Virus record (IMG/VR): IMGVR_UViG_3300014890_000016
Span: 1 to 35,973 of that record
DNA length: 35,973 nt
Direction: 5' to 3' (one strand)
Origin: a virus
Lineage: Duplodnaviria; Heunggongvirae; Uroviricota; Caudoviricetes
Of the stretch, positions 1-8,749 are shown piece after piece. Both the position numbers and the translations under genes were made by a program. A model generated the notes under the pieces. The model worked only from the letters and a program-made list of their open reading frames with translations. It did no database searches and was not told where the DNA came from. The number at the start of each line of letters is the position of its first letter. Within the stretch, counting starts at the first letter, position 1.

Positions 1-1005
1 TTAATCCCCCGTGGACACTGCGTGGACACTTACGCCACCTTTCAGCGGATTAAGGGCCACCGCATCCTGCAGGTAATCCGGTGCAAAATGTGCATACGCC
101 ATTGTTTGCTGAATGGTTGCGTGGCCAAGAATCTTCTGAAGCGCAATAATGTTTCCTCCGTTCATCACAAAATGGCTGGCGAACGTATGCCGCAGCACAT
201 GTGCAGCCTGACCTTTTGGCAAATCGGGCTTAACTCTTTTCAGCGCCAGGCAGAATTCCCGGTACTTCACCTCAAACAAGCTGCCTGTTTCTCTGGTTCT
301 GATCGCCTCACAAACCGCCTGCGAAATTGGCACCGTTCTCTTCCGGCCATTTTTGGTTTCAAGAAACGTCACTCGGTTATGAACTATCTGTTCACCACGG
401 AGCTTACAGGCTTCACTCCAGCGTGCCCCAGTGCTTAAACACAAAAGAGCAACACGCCAGTAATCGCCCTCCAATGTATCGAGCAATAACGCAACTTCCT
501 TCTGTGACAGGAACGCCATTTCTCGTGGAGATACATAAAGAATAGAAATTCCCCTTACCGGATGTTCTGCATCCCAAAGACCTATTTTTTTCAGCACGGT
601 AAACATTCCGGATAACCGATTCATGTACCTGTTAGCAGATGACGGTTTCAATCCATCAGCTATCTTTTGAGAACGCCACGCGATAATTTTCAGCTTATCA
701 AGATCCACAGCCTGCATATCAGCGCCAAGCTCATTGATTATGTTGCGCAGTTGTTTTCGGTCTTCTTCCGCCTTACGTCTGTGCTGGCCGTGATACATCC
801 ACCACAACTCAAGCAAATCATTTAGCGTTCGACGATCACGGTAGCCCTGTATATATTCCCGCTTTTCAGCGTTCGCCATGATGTAGCGTTCAGTGGCCAC
901 CGCTACCGATTTTTTGTCAAATACCTTACGCACGCGCTTTCCCTTGCGTCCGTTCGGCCTGATGTCCAGCAAATAACGACCATCTTCGAGCTTCTTAATC
1001 GACAT
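1..1005 (-). CDS. int: Tyrosine integrase, P2 Int-like
   Basis: Translation from the ATG at 1005 starts MSIKKLEDGRY (P2 Int starts MAIKKLDDGRY) and ends LNPLKGG..VHAVSTGD; GGAGGG Shine-Dalgarno upstream of that ATG. The track start at 1020 is a TTG upstream. Confidence 0.9.
   Translation of the reverse strand: MSIKKLEDGRYLLDIRPNGRKGKRVRKVFDKKSVAVATERYIMANAEKREYIQGYRDRRTLNDLLELWWMYHGQHRRKAEEDRKQLRNIINELGADMQAVDLDKLKIIAWRSQKIADGLKPSSANRYMNRLSGMFTVLKKIGLWDAEHPVRGISILYVSPREMAFLSQKEVALLLDTLEGDYWRVALLCLSTGARWSEACKLRGEQIVHNRVTFLETKNGRKRTVPISQAVCEAIRTRETGSLFEVKYREFCLALKRVKPDLPKGQAAHVLRHTFASHFVMNGGNIIALQKILGHATIQQTMAYAHFAPDYLQDAVALNPLKGGVSVHAVSTGD
8..35. repeat. Putative attL core, overlapping the 3' end of int
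   Basis: GTGGACACTGCGTGGACACTTACGC here resembles GTGGTCACTGTGTGGACATACGC at 34793..34815; the P2-type att core lies at the int 3' end (established). Confidence 0.4.
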
Positions 1006-1101
1006 AGCGAAGCCCTCCAATGAACCGCTTTACAATTTCTCCAGCTTCTTCCCAGCAACAGTCGGACCAGACAAATAACAGATCCAACCAGTTTTCTGGC
1101 C

Positions 1102-1416
1102 TCAGCGGAGTAATTTTTGGTTTGTTTCGGTTGAATCCTGATCGCCCTCCAAATTGCAGGAGCCATCATGAGAGAGAGGCGGGGCAATTTGTCCCGCAGC
1201 TTCGCCAGTTTGTCCGGTCATTAACCACAAAGTGTATTTATGAAACACAGGAATACGAATCACTCTCTCAACCAGCTCTGCTCTAGCAGGCTGATGCCCC
1301 GTTTCGTATTTCTGAATAGTGTTCAGTGGAATCCCTGTAATATCAGAGAACTGACGCCTGTTCAGCCCCTCAGCCTCCCTCATCCTCTGAAGCTTTTTTG
1401 AATAATCCATTGACAT
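1102..1416 (-). CDS. C: Immunity repressor, P2 C-like
   Basis: About 104 aa with HTH region LNRRQFSDITGIPLNTIQKYETG and the motif FHKYTLWLMTGQ...GQIAP matching P2 C (FTKYTLWFMTNQ...GQIAP). Start ambiguous between ATGs at 1410, 1416 and 1425; the 154-aa track ORF is an over-extension. Confidence 0.8.
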   Translation of the reverse strand: MSMDYSKKLQRMREAEGLNRRQFSDITGIPLNTIQKYETGHQPARAELVERVIRIPVFHKYTLWLMTGQTGEAAGQIAPPLSHDGSCNLEGDQDSTETNQKLLR

Positions 1417-1425
1417 GTTTCTCAT

Positions 1426-1537
1426 GTGAGAAATATACTCCTTTCTAAGTTGAGAAATGTTAAAACACATCGAATAGCCAAAATAAGCCCATATAAGCCA
1501 TTTTGAGCAATTCGAGCGAATTAAGGAGATTACCACA
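1426..1537. promoter_or_regulatory. C-cox divergent promoter/operator region with direct repeats
   Basis: Intergenic between divergent C and cox; direct repeats GTGAGAAAT and TTGAGAAAT about 26 bp apart, resembling the P2 arrangement of C operators as direct repeats. Confidence 0.45.
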
Positions 1538-1825
1538 ATGAGCGAATCAGAGCTTGAGGGGTTCATTCAGGTAGCACCATATCCACTTGAAGCGGTGCCA
1601 TATCAGCTATTCGCCAAGATGATTGGCCGCAAAGAATCAACCGTCAGAACCATGATTGACGCTGCAAAGCTACCAACGATTGACTTTGTAAAACCAGGTT
1701 CAGCAAAGACGCGAGCATCAGAAAACTGGGTATATCTGCCAGCATTTAACGCAGGTATGCGCAAAGCGTTTTTTGATCAGCCGAAAGAGCGCCGCGACGC
1801 ATGGTTGCTCTGGCTGGGTCTTTGA
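1538..1825 (+). CDS. cox: Cox-like excisionase / directionality factor
   Basis: 95 aa; PYQLFAKMIG..TVRTMID..KLPTIDF...ENWVYLPAFN...LLWLGL parallels P2 Cox (IPYQEFAKLIG...GEYWVYLPAWN...WLMWLGL); AAGGAG Shine-Dalgarno. Confidence 0.85.
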   Translation: MSESELEGFIQVAPYPLEAVPYQLFAKMIGRKESTVRTMIDAAKLPTIDFVKPGSAKTRASENWVYLPAFNAGMRKAFFDQPKERRDAWLLWLGL

Positions 1826-1846
1826 CGAGGATTTTTATGAGACAAC

Positions 1847-2178
1847 AACGTAATTCACGCTTCCGCAACGGCGCAGAACGCCACGCTAACCGTTTCGCTA
1901 CCAGTGCATCACGCAGCAGCTCTCGCTACAGCCTGAGCGAAACGCACGCAACACCAGACGGACACGCTGTAAAACAAACCGGCGAGCACACCTGGCTGAT
2001 TGAGAAAGCCGGAATCGTGGTCCACAAATGCCCGCGCAATCCGTTTACCGGAAACCGCATTTTTGCACTAAGCAGCGGCGACAATCAGTTCGGACAGGAT
2101 TTCACATTGTACGAAGCACTACGCACGGTTGATCGTCTGCTTCGCGGGCAAGGTTTTATTAAACAGGCTGACTTATAA
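1847..2178 (+). CDS. Hypothetical early protein with basic N-terminus
   Basis: ORF with GAGGA Shine-Dalgarno 7 nt upstream of ATG; in early operon after cox; no family recognised. Confidence 0.5.
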
Positions 2179-2188
2179 CAGGTGCTTT

Positions 2189-2476
2189 ATGACCAAAGAC
2201 TATGCACAAGGTGTATTTATCCGCTTTATTGATTTTCGCGGTGAACTGTTATTACGCGCATCCGCTATTGATGGAGTGGCTCCGGCGGGGAGAAACGGAA
2301 CCGCTGAAGCCACTTACGTTTATCTGAACGGCACTCGACTGCTTGTGGAACTTCCGTACCAGACCGTACGAGAAATCATTAGCGAAGCTGAAAAGGCACG
2401 TCAGGTTAATGGCGATAACCCCTATATCGAAATTATTTGTATGGATTCAGAAGCAGAAATCCAGAAGACAGATTAA
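2189..2476 (+). CDS. Hypothetical early protein
   Basis: 95-aa ORF in the co-directional early operon; no family recognised. Confidence 0.5.
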   Translation: MTKDYAQGVFIRFIDFRGELLLRASAIDGVAPAGRNGTAEATYVYLNGTRLLVELPYQTVREIISEAEKARQVNGDNPYIEIICMDSEAEIQKTD

Positions 2477-2486
2477 AGGGTGTGCG

Positions 2487-2729
2487 ATGGACAAAGAATA
2501 TAAAGCTCTCGTCAATAAAGCACTTGAGCGTTTTCATTTTCGCTTAAACACATCAGGGCTTCACGCCGAACACGCAGCCCATGATTCATTAGCAAGGGCA
2601 ATCAGAAGCCTTTATGACGTGGCTTTTTACGCTGACGATTTGGATGCAATTAACGAACTTTCCGAACTCGTCTGCGCTGCAGAATGCGGAGAACGCATTG
2701 AACCGTATAAACTGGGGAATATCGCATGA
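2487..2729 (+). CDS. Hypothetical early protein
   Basis: 80-aa ORF in the early operon; internal ATG chosen over the longer track ORF that overlaps the previous gene. Confidence 0.45.
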   Translation: MDKEYKALVNKALERFHFRLNTSGLHAEHAAHDSLARAIRSLYDVAFYADDLDAINELSELVCAAECGERIEPYKLGNIA

Positions 2730-2839
2730 GCATATTTATGTCATGGCTTGTTCTGATTATTTCGGTGGCCTGCGCAATCGGGATTATGCGAATTATTCAT
2801 TCAGTGAAAAAGATTGAGAATTTTTACTCTGACGAATAA
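2726..2839 (+). CDS. Small hydrophobic peptide (37 aa), putative membrane protein
   Basis: ATGA start/stop overlap with the upstream ORF; translation MSIFMSWLVLIISVACAIGIMRIIHSVKKIENFYSDE has one predicted TM helix. Below the ORF-track size cutoff. Confidence 0.3.
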   Translation: MSIFMSWLVLIISVACAIGIMRIIHSVKKIENFYSDE

Positions 2840-2932
2840 CAGCACAAATAAAACACCAGATTAAATAAGAAAACGTGAAAACCATCCGAATTAGCGGAGG
2901 CATTCACACACGTAAATAATGGAGATACAAAA

Positions 2933-3343
2933 ATGAACGCAAAAGAAAAAGGCATTGTAACTGCGCTAAAAAATATATCGAAGACCGCAAACAGAGCCAT
3001 TCAGGATGCAACAAATGCAGGAATGATTGGGCCTGCCACCACAGCCATGATGATAGCAAGAGTAACCGCCGAAGCAGCCGAAATTATCGAAAAACAGGAT
3101 GCTGAACTAACGGTTCTCAGAACACAACCAGTCACCGGACTGGATTTGTCTAACACCGGACGCCTTATTTACACAATTGGCTCGGAGCCACAGCAATACA
3201 CCATTATCGCCGGATTACAGGATAAATACCTGATCACTCCTCACCCCATAAGGGAATCAGAAATTCTGACAAATCTCCGCCTGATAGAGCGCTCTCAAGT
3301 CGCATTCATTGATGACGCACAGCGCACCGTATTTAACGCATAG
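2933..3343 (+). CDS. Hypothetical early protein
   Basis: 136-aa ORF with GGAG Shine-Dalgarno; no family recognised. Confidence 0.55.
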   Translation: MNAKEKGIVTALKNISKTANRAIQDATNAGMIGPATTAMMIARVTAEAAEIIEKQDAELTVLRTQPVTGLDLSNTGRLIYTIGSEPQQYTIIAGLQDKYLITPHPIRESEILTNLRLIERSQVAFIDDAQRTVFNA

Positions 3344-3367
3344 GGTTACTGGACAAAAGGGGGCGCA

Positions 3368-3571
3368 ATGGCAATTAAGCGTTTTTCCGTCATTCGTTTC
3401 ACATCCAGAGGGCGTGAATACGAAGTTGACGAACGGCTGATTAAAACGCTCGACCGTCACCGTTCGCAACCTGACGCGCATCACATTTATCTCACTGACG
3501 ACACTTACTTCTGCGCCACCAACGTGGTGCAGGTGAACCTTATCCGACAGGTACAGGAGTCACGCAGATGA
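3368..3571 (+). CDS. Hypothetical early protein
   Basis: 67-aa ORF with G-rich Shine-Dalgarno; stop overlaps next start. Confidence 0.5.
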   Translation: MAIKRFSVIRFTSRGREYEVDERLIKTLDRHRSQPDAHHIYLTDDTYFCATNVVQVNLIRQVQESRR

Positions 3572-3813
3572 CCATTCTGGACTACATCGCCGCCAATCCG
3601 GGTTGTAGCGGTGGAGAAATCGCCGCCGCGCTGAATACCCCAACCACAGCCATTAATGCGGAGTTACGCCGACTCTGGCGCGACGGCTTAGTCATCAGAG
3701 AAGAACGCAAAACAGGCGGTCGGTTCTCTTACCAGGTAAACCCGATGCCGTTCGGGTGTGGCAACCCACTTACTCACATGTTTAACCAGCTACTGAAGGA
3801 AGCCAGAGCATGA
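3568..3813 (+). CDS. Hypothetical protein, possible winged-helix DNA-binding
   Basis: ATGA coupling to flanking ORFs; segment SGGEIAAALNTPTTAINAELRRLWRDGLV resembles a wHTH recognition region (inference). Confidence 0.5.
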   Translation: MTILDYIAANPGCSGGEIAAALNTPTTAINAELRRLWRDGLVIREERKTGGRFSYQVNPMPFGCGNPLTHMFNQLLKEARA

Positions 3814-4109
3814 GCACCATCAACCACCAGGAACTACGCGAACTGGCGACAGACCTGCAACGAATGGCAACGCATCAAAAATTACTGGCGTTTCGCGCAA
3901 TGCTCTCGTCGTCTGCTGTGCTGGCACTGCTGGATGAGCTGGAGCACGCCAGAACCATGGTTCCAGCCATTCGCCTGACGCTCCATCATGAAATCGCTGA
4001 TTTCTGTGCACCACTGGGTTCACCTGGCGAACCGGAAACACCGGAAGCAATGCAGCGAGAGCTGCTGCAACGCATCGACAAGGTTTTTGATTTTTTCCTT
4101 AACCAGTAA
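3810..4109 (+). CDS. Hypothetical early protein
   Basis: 99-aa ORF translationally coupled (ATGA) to the upstream gene. Confidence 0.5.
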   Translation: MSTINHQELRELATDLQRMATHQKLLAFRAMLSSSAVLALLDELEHARTMVPAIRLTLHHEIADFCAPLGSPGEPETPEAMQRELLQRIDKVFDFFLNQ

Positions 4110-4120
4110 GGGACCAGAGC

Positions 4121-4267
4121 ATGCACAAAGCCTTTGAACGATGGATGCATCAGCGTTACGGCAACCACTACGACCTGACAAGAGATACCGATGGCTACTA
4201 CTGCCGCGAAATTGTGAAACGAATGTTTGAAGTGTGGTGCCACCACCGCGGTTTATACGCCGTGTAA
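4121..4267 (+). CDS. Small hypothetical protein (48 aa)
   Basis: Short ORF filling the gap between neighbouring early genes; weak ribosome-binding site. Confidence 0.25.
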   Translation: MHKAFERWMHQRYGNHYDLTRDTDGYYCREIVKRMFEVWCHHRGLYAV

Positions 4268-4294
4268 AGCACCACCGCTAACGAGGTAAAAAAT

Positions 4295-4855
4295 ATGCAT
4301 AACTTCAAACTCAAACCAATAGGTACACCTGGCGTGGCTCCGGCACATGTAAAGCCATGGACACAACAGGAAGATGAAATGCTTATCTCGCTTTATCCGG
4401 AGTGCAACACACGCCAGATAACCGAACAAATTCAACGAACCCATGACGCAGTTATGCACCGACTTAGTTTTTTACGTGATCGTGGATTGATTGGTCGCAA
4501 GAAAAAGACTCTGAGTGCAAAGGAGATCACCTTTCTCATCGAAAACCGCCGCACCAGAACGGCACGGGAACTGGCCGCCGAGGTGGGATGCACCATTCGC
4601 ACCGTACAAGTGCACCTGAAAAAACGTGGTTACAGCCTGCGAAAATGCGGAGGACTCCACCACCTGACCAGATACAGCGATCACCTGGTGGAACTGGTGA
4701 CTGAACTACATGATGAGCAGCACATGACGTTCGCCATGATAGCAAAACACATTAGTCACACACTGCAAATAAAAGTCACCACTCGCACAGCACGTTTTCT
4801 TTACGGTCGCCGCACCGCCGCCGACGCCGTGCTGTACGAGCTATTACCAAACTGA
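4295..4855 (+). CDS. Hypothetical protein with possible HTH segments
   Basis: 186-aa ORF with GAGGT Shine-Dalgarno; followed by an intrinsic terminator. Confidence 0.55.
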   Translation: MHNFKLKPIGTPGVAPAHVKPWTQQEDEMLISLYPECNTRQITEQIQRTHDAVMHRLSFLRDRGLIGRKKKTLSAKEITFLIENRRTRTARELAAEVGCTIRTVQVHLKKRGYSLRKCGGLHHLTRYSDHLVELVTELHDEQHMTFAMIAKHISHTLQIKVTTRTARFLYGRRTAADAVLYELLPN

Positions 4856-4975
4856 GTAATCATCATGCACACACAAAAAAACCGCTTGCCATGCCGCAAT
4901 CAGTCAGGTTACATTTCCGCTGCATCTCATAAAACGGGTGCCGGGATTGGAACCCCGCAGACTAACAGAGCGCAC

Positions 4976-4997
4976 AACCGCGCCAGCGGTTTTTTTG
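4976..4997 (+). terminator. Rho-independent terminator inside the early region
   Basis: AACCGC-gcca-GCGGTT hairpin followed by a run of seven T. Confidence 0.5.
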
Positions 4998-5175
4998 TGC
5001 GTACCGTATCGCCACGTCTTTTTCGCACACGAATTATGGTGGGGCGTACAGGGCCAGCATCAGCTGGGCCGGGTCCTCTGTTAGCCGGTAGTTCCAACCC
5101 TGTGCGTCTCACCACCCTGAGCTTGGAACCTCTGGATGGTGAGTTTTCAAAACTGACTAACAGAGAGGCCACACC

Positions 5176-5406
5176 ATGGCAAACCGCAAACAGCACCGCG
5201 CTATCGCGGAGCGTCGTCACATCCAGACTGAAATCAACCGTAGACTTTTCCGCGCATCACGCGTCGCGCAAATCATGCACATCAATATGCTGCATGAGCG
5301 CAGTCATGCGCTATCAAACACTTATTCCGCCTCTGTTTTTAGCTATCTGGCGGATGATTTGTACGAGCTTCAGCAGCTCATCCAGCAGCAAAACAAACTC
5401 CATTAA
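5176..5406 (+). CDS. Hypothetical protein
   Basis: 76-aa ORF with GAGAGG Shine-Dalgarno 7 nt upstream; sits after a structured non-coding stretch. Confidence 0.4.
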   Translation: MANRKQHRAIAERRHIQTEINRRLFRASRVAQIMHINMLHERSHALSNTYSASVFSYLADDLYELQQLIQQQNKLH

Positions 5407-5478
5407 TTCCTGTTCCGGGCCTTTCCTGCACCTTGCGGCGGGAGGCCTTCGCACATCTGTAACAAGAGGATTGCCGCA

Positions 5479-5844
5479 ATGATTCTCGCCAACGACTTTC
5501 TTGAATACCTGCTCAACACAGAGCGTGATCTTGCCGTTCGCGTGCGTGAACGTTATGACATGCACCTGAAATCCCTGCCTGTACCGCAGCTCGCTGACGG
5601 AAAGATTGTTATTGATGGTCGCTACATGATTGACAGCCACGAGGGAAATTACAGGCTTTACCGCATTGAAGGTGGCACCCCGTACGTTATTGGCATTTAC
5701 CAGCGCCCATCCTCCGCAATCGTCGATGTGATTGCCGACAGCATCCGCATCACACATCGCCATGCCGACACAGAAGACACCGTGCTGGAAATTCAGCGGC
5801 TGGCTACAGTCTGCCGCGACACCCTGAATGGCATGACGAAGTAA
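5479..5844 (+). CDS. Hypothetical protein
   Basis: 121-aa ORF with AGAGGA Shine-Dalgarno, immediately upstream of gpA. Confidence 0.5.
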   Translation: MILANDFLEYLLNTERDLAVRVRERYDMHLKSLPVPQLADGKIVIDGRYMIDSHEGNYRLYRIEGGTPYVIGIYQRPSSAIVDVIADSIRITHRHADTEDTVLEIQRLATVCRDTLNGMTK

Positions 5845-5850
5845 ATCACT

Positions 5851-8673
5851 ATGACGGCAGAGTACATCAGGGACTGGCAACAACCGCGCCACGCAGTGGG
5901 GCGTGAAGGAACGGGGATCCCCGCTCCTGAATCCGCGCTTTCCTCCTGGCTGGGTGCCTACCGGGTAGAGAACGAGCGCCGCCAGGAAATGGCTGATGCG
6001 GCGTTCTCCGCCACGCCGCTGGGCAACCTGATTAATAAAAGCCTGGACGCACAGGAAAAACAGGACAAAACCATCACACTGGCAGGAGACGCCAGAAAAC
6101 AGGCACGCGGCGCGGTGGGTGAAGCCATGGTCTCGCTGCGCCTGCTGCCGTCCTATCTGCGCGATCCGCTTATTCGCCACCTCTCCTTCCTGCGCAAAAA
6201 ACAGGAAGCTGATCGCCGGAAAGGCAAAAAGAGCTGGCAGGCGGAACGCTATGCACGCGGAACCCTGCGCAAAATATTCGAACGTCTGGATCGCACTGAC
6301 GGACGCTGGCTGACACCGGGTTATCGCTCCCTTGCCGGACGCGAACGCCTGGACGATTTGCTTTACCTGCCGCAGCTCAACAAACACCAGATACAGACGC
6401 TGGCCACCATGACGGCGGCGATGTTCAGCAGCACCTTCGAAAAACTCTGCGATGGCTTTGGCGCGACCGATGGCGAACTGACCATGGATGTAACGCTGAA
6501 GGCGTATCAGATGCTGGCCCGCATGGCGTTACACCTGCACATCATGCCTCCACATTATGACGCACTGACAACAGATAAAGACCGGAGGAACGAACCGGAC
6601 ACGGAGCTGCTGCCGGGCGCAATCCTTCGCCTGACCTGTGCGGAATGGTGGAAACGCAAACTGTGGCTGTTACGTTGCGAGTGGAGAGAAGAACAACTCC
6701 GCGCCGCCTGTCTGGTTTCCAGAAAAACATCACCCTATCTGAGCCAGGACGCGTTAAGCGAGTTTCGCGCACAGCGCGAGAAAACACGCGATTTCCTGAA
6801 AAGTTTCATACTGGAAAATGAAGACGGGTTCACGATTGATCTCGAGACGGTGTATTACGCGGGAGTAAGTAACCCGGTTCACCGTAAGGCAGAAATGATG
6901 GCCACCATGAAGGGGCTGGAACTTCTGGCCGAAGCCCGTGGCGACAAAGCGGTGTTTCTTACTGTCACCTGCCCGTCAAAATACCACGCCACAACGGAGA
7001 ACGGTCATCCGAATCCCAAATGGAACGGGGCCACAATGCGCGACTCCAGCGATTACCTGGTTAACACGTTTTTTGCGGCGGTCCGCAAAAAACTGAACCG
7101 CGACGGCCTGCGCTGGTATGGCATCCGCACGGTGGAGCCTCATCATGACGGCACCGTGCACTGGCATATGATGGTCTTTGCACATCCGGAAGAAATCGAC
7201 AGCATCGTGGCCATCACCCGCGATATTGCCATTCAGGAAGACCGCCACGAGCTGGGCAATGATATTACTCCGCGCTTTAAGGCGGAGTATGTCGACGGCT
7301 CAAAAGGCACACCAACCAGCTATATCGCGACCTACATCGGAAAGAACCTGGACAGCCGCGCCGTGGATGGCATCGACCCGAAAACGGGCAAGCCACGCGT
7401 TGACCACGAAACCGGAAAATCAATGGCCGAGAGTGTGGAGCGCGCCATCGGCTGGGCGCGCCTTCACCGGGTCCGCCAGTTCCAGTTCTTTGGCATCCCC
7501 TCCCGTCAGGTGTGGCGTGAACTGCGCCGCCTTGCCAGCCAGATGGCACGCAACCCGGAAGGCCCGCAACGACTGAAGGATGACGCAATGGATGCAGTGC
7601 TCGCTGCCGCTGATGCCGGGTGTTTTGCCTCCTACATTGAAAAACAGGGCGGCGTACTTGTTCCACGCAAAGACTACCTGATTCGCACCGCCTACGACCT
7701 CGCAGATGAGCTGAACGATTACGGCGAACAGAGCGTACAGATTTACGGGATCTGGTCACCACTCATCGGGGAGTCTTCCCGTGTGTGCACACATCCGGAT
7801 AACTGGAAGCTGGTAAGACGTAAACCGGAAGCGGAAGACAGCGCCCGCGAAAATGGTTTTGACCTTCAGGGCGGCCCTGCCGCCCCTTGGACTCGTGGCA
7901 ATAACTGTCCCCGTGTACAGGAAACGGACAACAACGGGACAGAACAGCCGGAAGAACGGCCAGCACCGTGGCCGCAGCTCCCTGACGGCGTTGAAGTGAA
8001 CGAATGGATGCGCTCACTGAAACGGCACGAACGCCGGGCGCTGATGCGTTCGCTTCGTGACAAACAGGCAAAAAACAGCAGTGATGAAATGCAGAGCTGG
8101 ACACAGAGCCGCAAACAACAGCGGCCTTTGCCTGATAACCACGAGTTACTCGCTAAAGAATGGCGGGAGTCTGCTGAATCTCTCGGCCTGCATATCGGTG
8201 AACAGCAGATACTGCACCTGTTACGGGGCGGCAGTCTGTACGTTGACGGCAGCATCATTGCACCGCAGGGATTTGAAATTGTGCGCAAACCGGATACCCG
8301 CCCGGACAGCCGAATCGCGCAGCTCTGGCAGCGCCTGAGCCGTAATCACGGCGTAAGCAGCACGGAGATCCGTCATAACCCGGTCGCCAGCTATCTGGCA
8401 CAGCTGGGGGCATCAGACCCCGAAGCCGCCGCACGCCTGGCATCCACACTTCAGCAGGACCAGAACCCTATGAAAACACCCGTTACCGTGCTTTCTGACA
8501 TGCTGCGCGCCATCCGTGACGCAGAGCACGCACAGAGAATCAGTGAAACCACTGAACGCGCTCGCCGCAAAGCAGACCTGCTGCGGGGTGGCCTGACCAG
8601 TGGAAACAAAAAACAGACAGAAACGGGATTCACAAATCCCGTAAATGAGCAAAAAACGCGCCGCGATATATGA
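5851..8673 (+). CDS. A: Replication initiation endonuclease, P2 gpA-like (rolling-circle HUH nickase)
   Basis: 940 aa; HUH motif region TVHWHMMVF and tyrosine motif YIATYIGKN typical of the P2 A family; about 180 aa longer at the C-terminus than P2 A. Confidence 0.9.
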   Translation: MTAEYIRDWQQPRHAVGREGTGIPAPESALSSWLGAYRVENERRQEMADAAFSATPLGNLINKSLDAQEKQDKTITLAGDARKQARGAVGEAMVSLRLLPSYLRDPLIRHLSFLRKKQEADRRKGKKSWQAERYARGTLRKIFERLDRTDGRWLTPGYRSLAGRERLDDLLYLPQLNKHQIQTLATMTAAMFSSTFEKLCDGFGATDGELTMDVTLKAYQMLARMALHLHIMPPHYDALTTDKDRRNEPDTELLPGAILRLTCAEWWKRKLWLLRCEWREEQLRAACLVSRKTSPYLSQDALSEFRAQREKTRDFLKSFILENEDGFTIDLETVYYAGVSNPVHRKAEMMATMKGLELLAEARGDKAVFLTVTCPSKYHATTENGHPNPKWNGATMRDSSDYLVNTFFAAVRKKLNRDGLRWYGIRTVEPHHDGTVHWHMMVFAHPEEIDSIVAITRDIAIQEDRHELGNDITPRFKAEYVDGSKGTPTSYIATYIGKNLDSRAVDGIDPKTGKPRVDHETGKSMAESVERAIGWARLHRVRQFQFFGIPSRQVWRELRRLASQMARNPEGPQRLKDDAMDAVLAAADAGCFASYIEKQGGVLVPRKDYLIRTAYDLADELNDYGEQSVQIYGIWSPLIGESSRVCTHPDNWKLVRRKPEAEDSARENGFDLQGGPAAPWTRGNNCPRVQETDNNGTEQPEERPAPWPQLPDGVEVNEWMRSLKRHERRALMRSLRDKQAKNSSDEMQSWTQSRKQQRPLPDNHELLAKEWRESAESLGLHIGEQQILHLLRGGSLYVDGSIIAPQGFEIVRKPDTRPDSRIAQLWQRLSRNHGVSSTEIRHNPVASYLAQLGASDPEAAARLASTLQQDQNPMKTPVTVLSDMLRAIRDAEHAQRISETTERARRKADLLRGGLTSGNKKQTETGFTNPVNEQKTRRDI

Positions 8674-8715
8674 AGCGCGCATAAAACAGGCAAAAACGGG
8701 ATTTCAGAATCCCGT
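8623..8715. repeat. Two copies of a 20-bp palindrome ACGGGATT-N4-AATCCCGT
   Basis: Copy 1 at 8623..8642 lies inside the last codons of gpA; copy 2 at 8696..8715 is just upstream of the parM-like gene. Confidence 0.4.
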
Positions 8716-8749
8716 AAACGATTAATTAATCAACATAAGGAAAAGCGAC

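Noticed and set aside
1102-1566. 154-aa extended form of the C repressor ORF
   Set aside because: The first 47 codons cover the C-cox operator region and have no counterpart in the ~100-aa P2 C family; internal starts at 1410..1425 give the expected size.
4865-5482. 205-aa plus-strand ORF
   Set aside because: Low-complexity translation that runs through a terminator hairpin and overlaps better-supported ORFs at 5176 and 5479.
5314-6387. 357-aa ORF on the minus strand
   Set aside because: Lies antisense within the gpA-like gene, whose plus-strand translation carries clear family motifs; GC-rich antisense frames often stay open.
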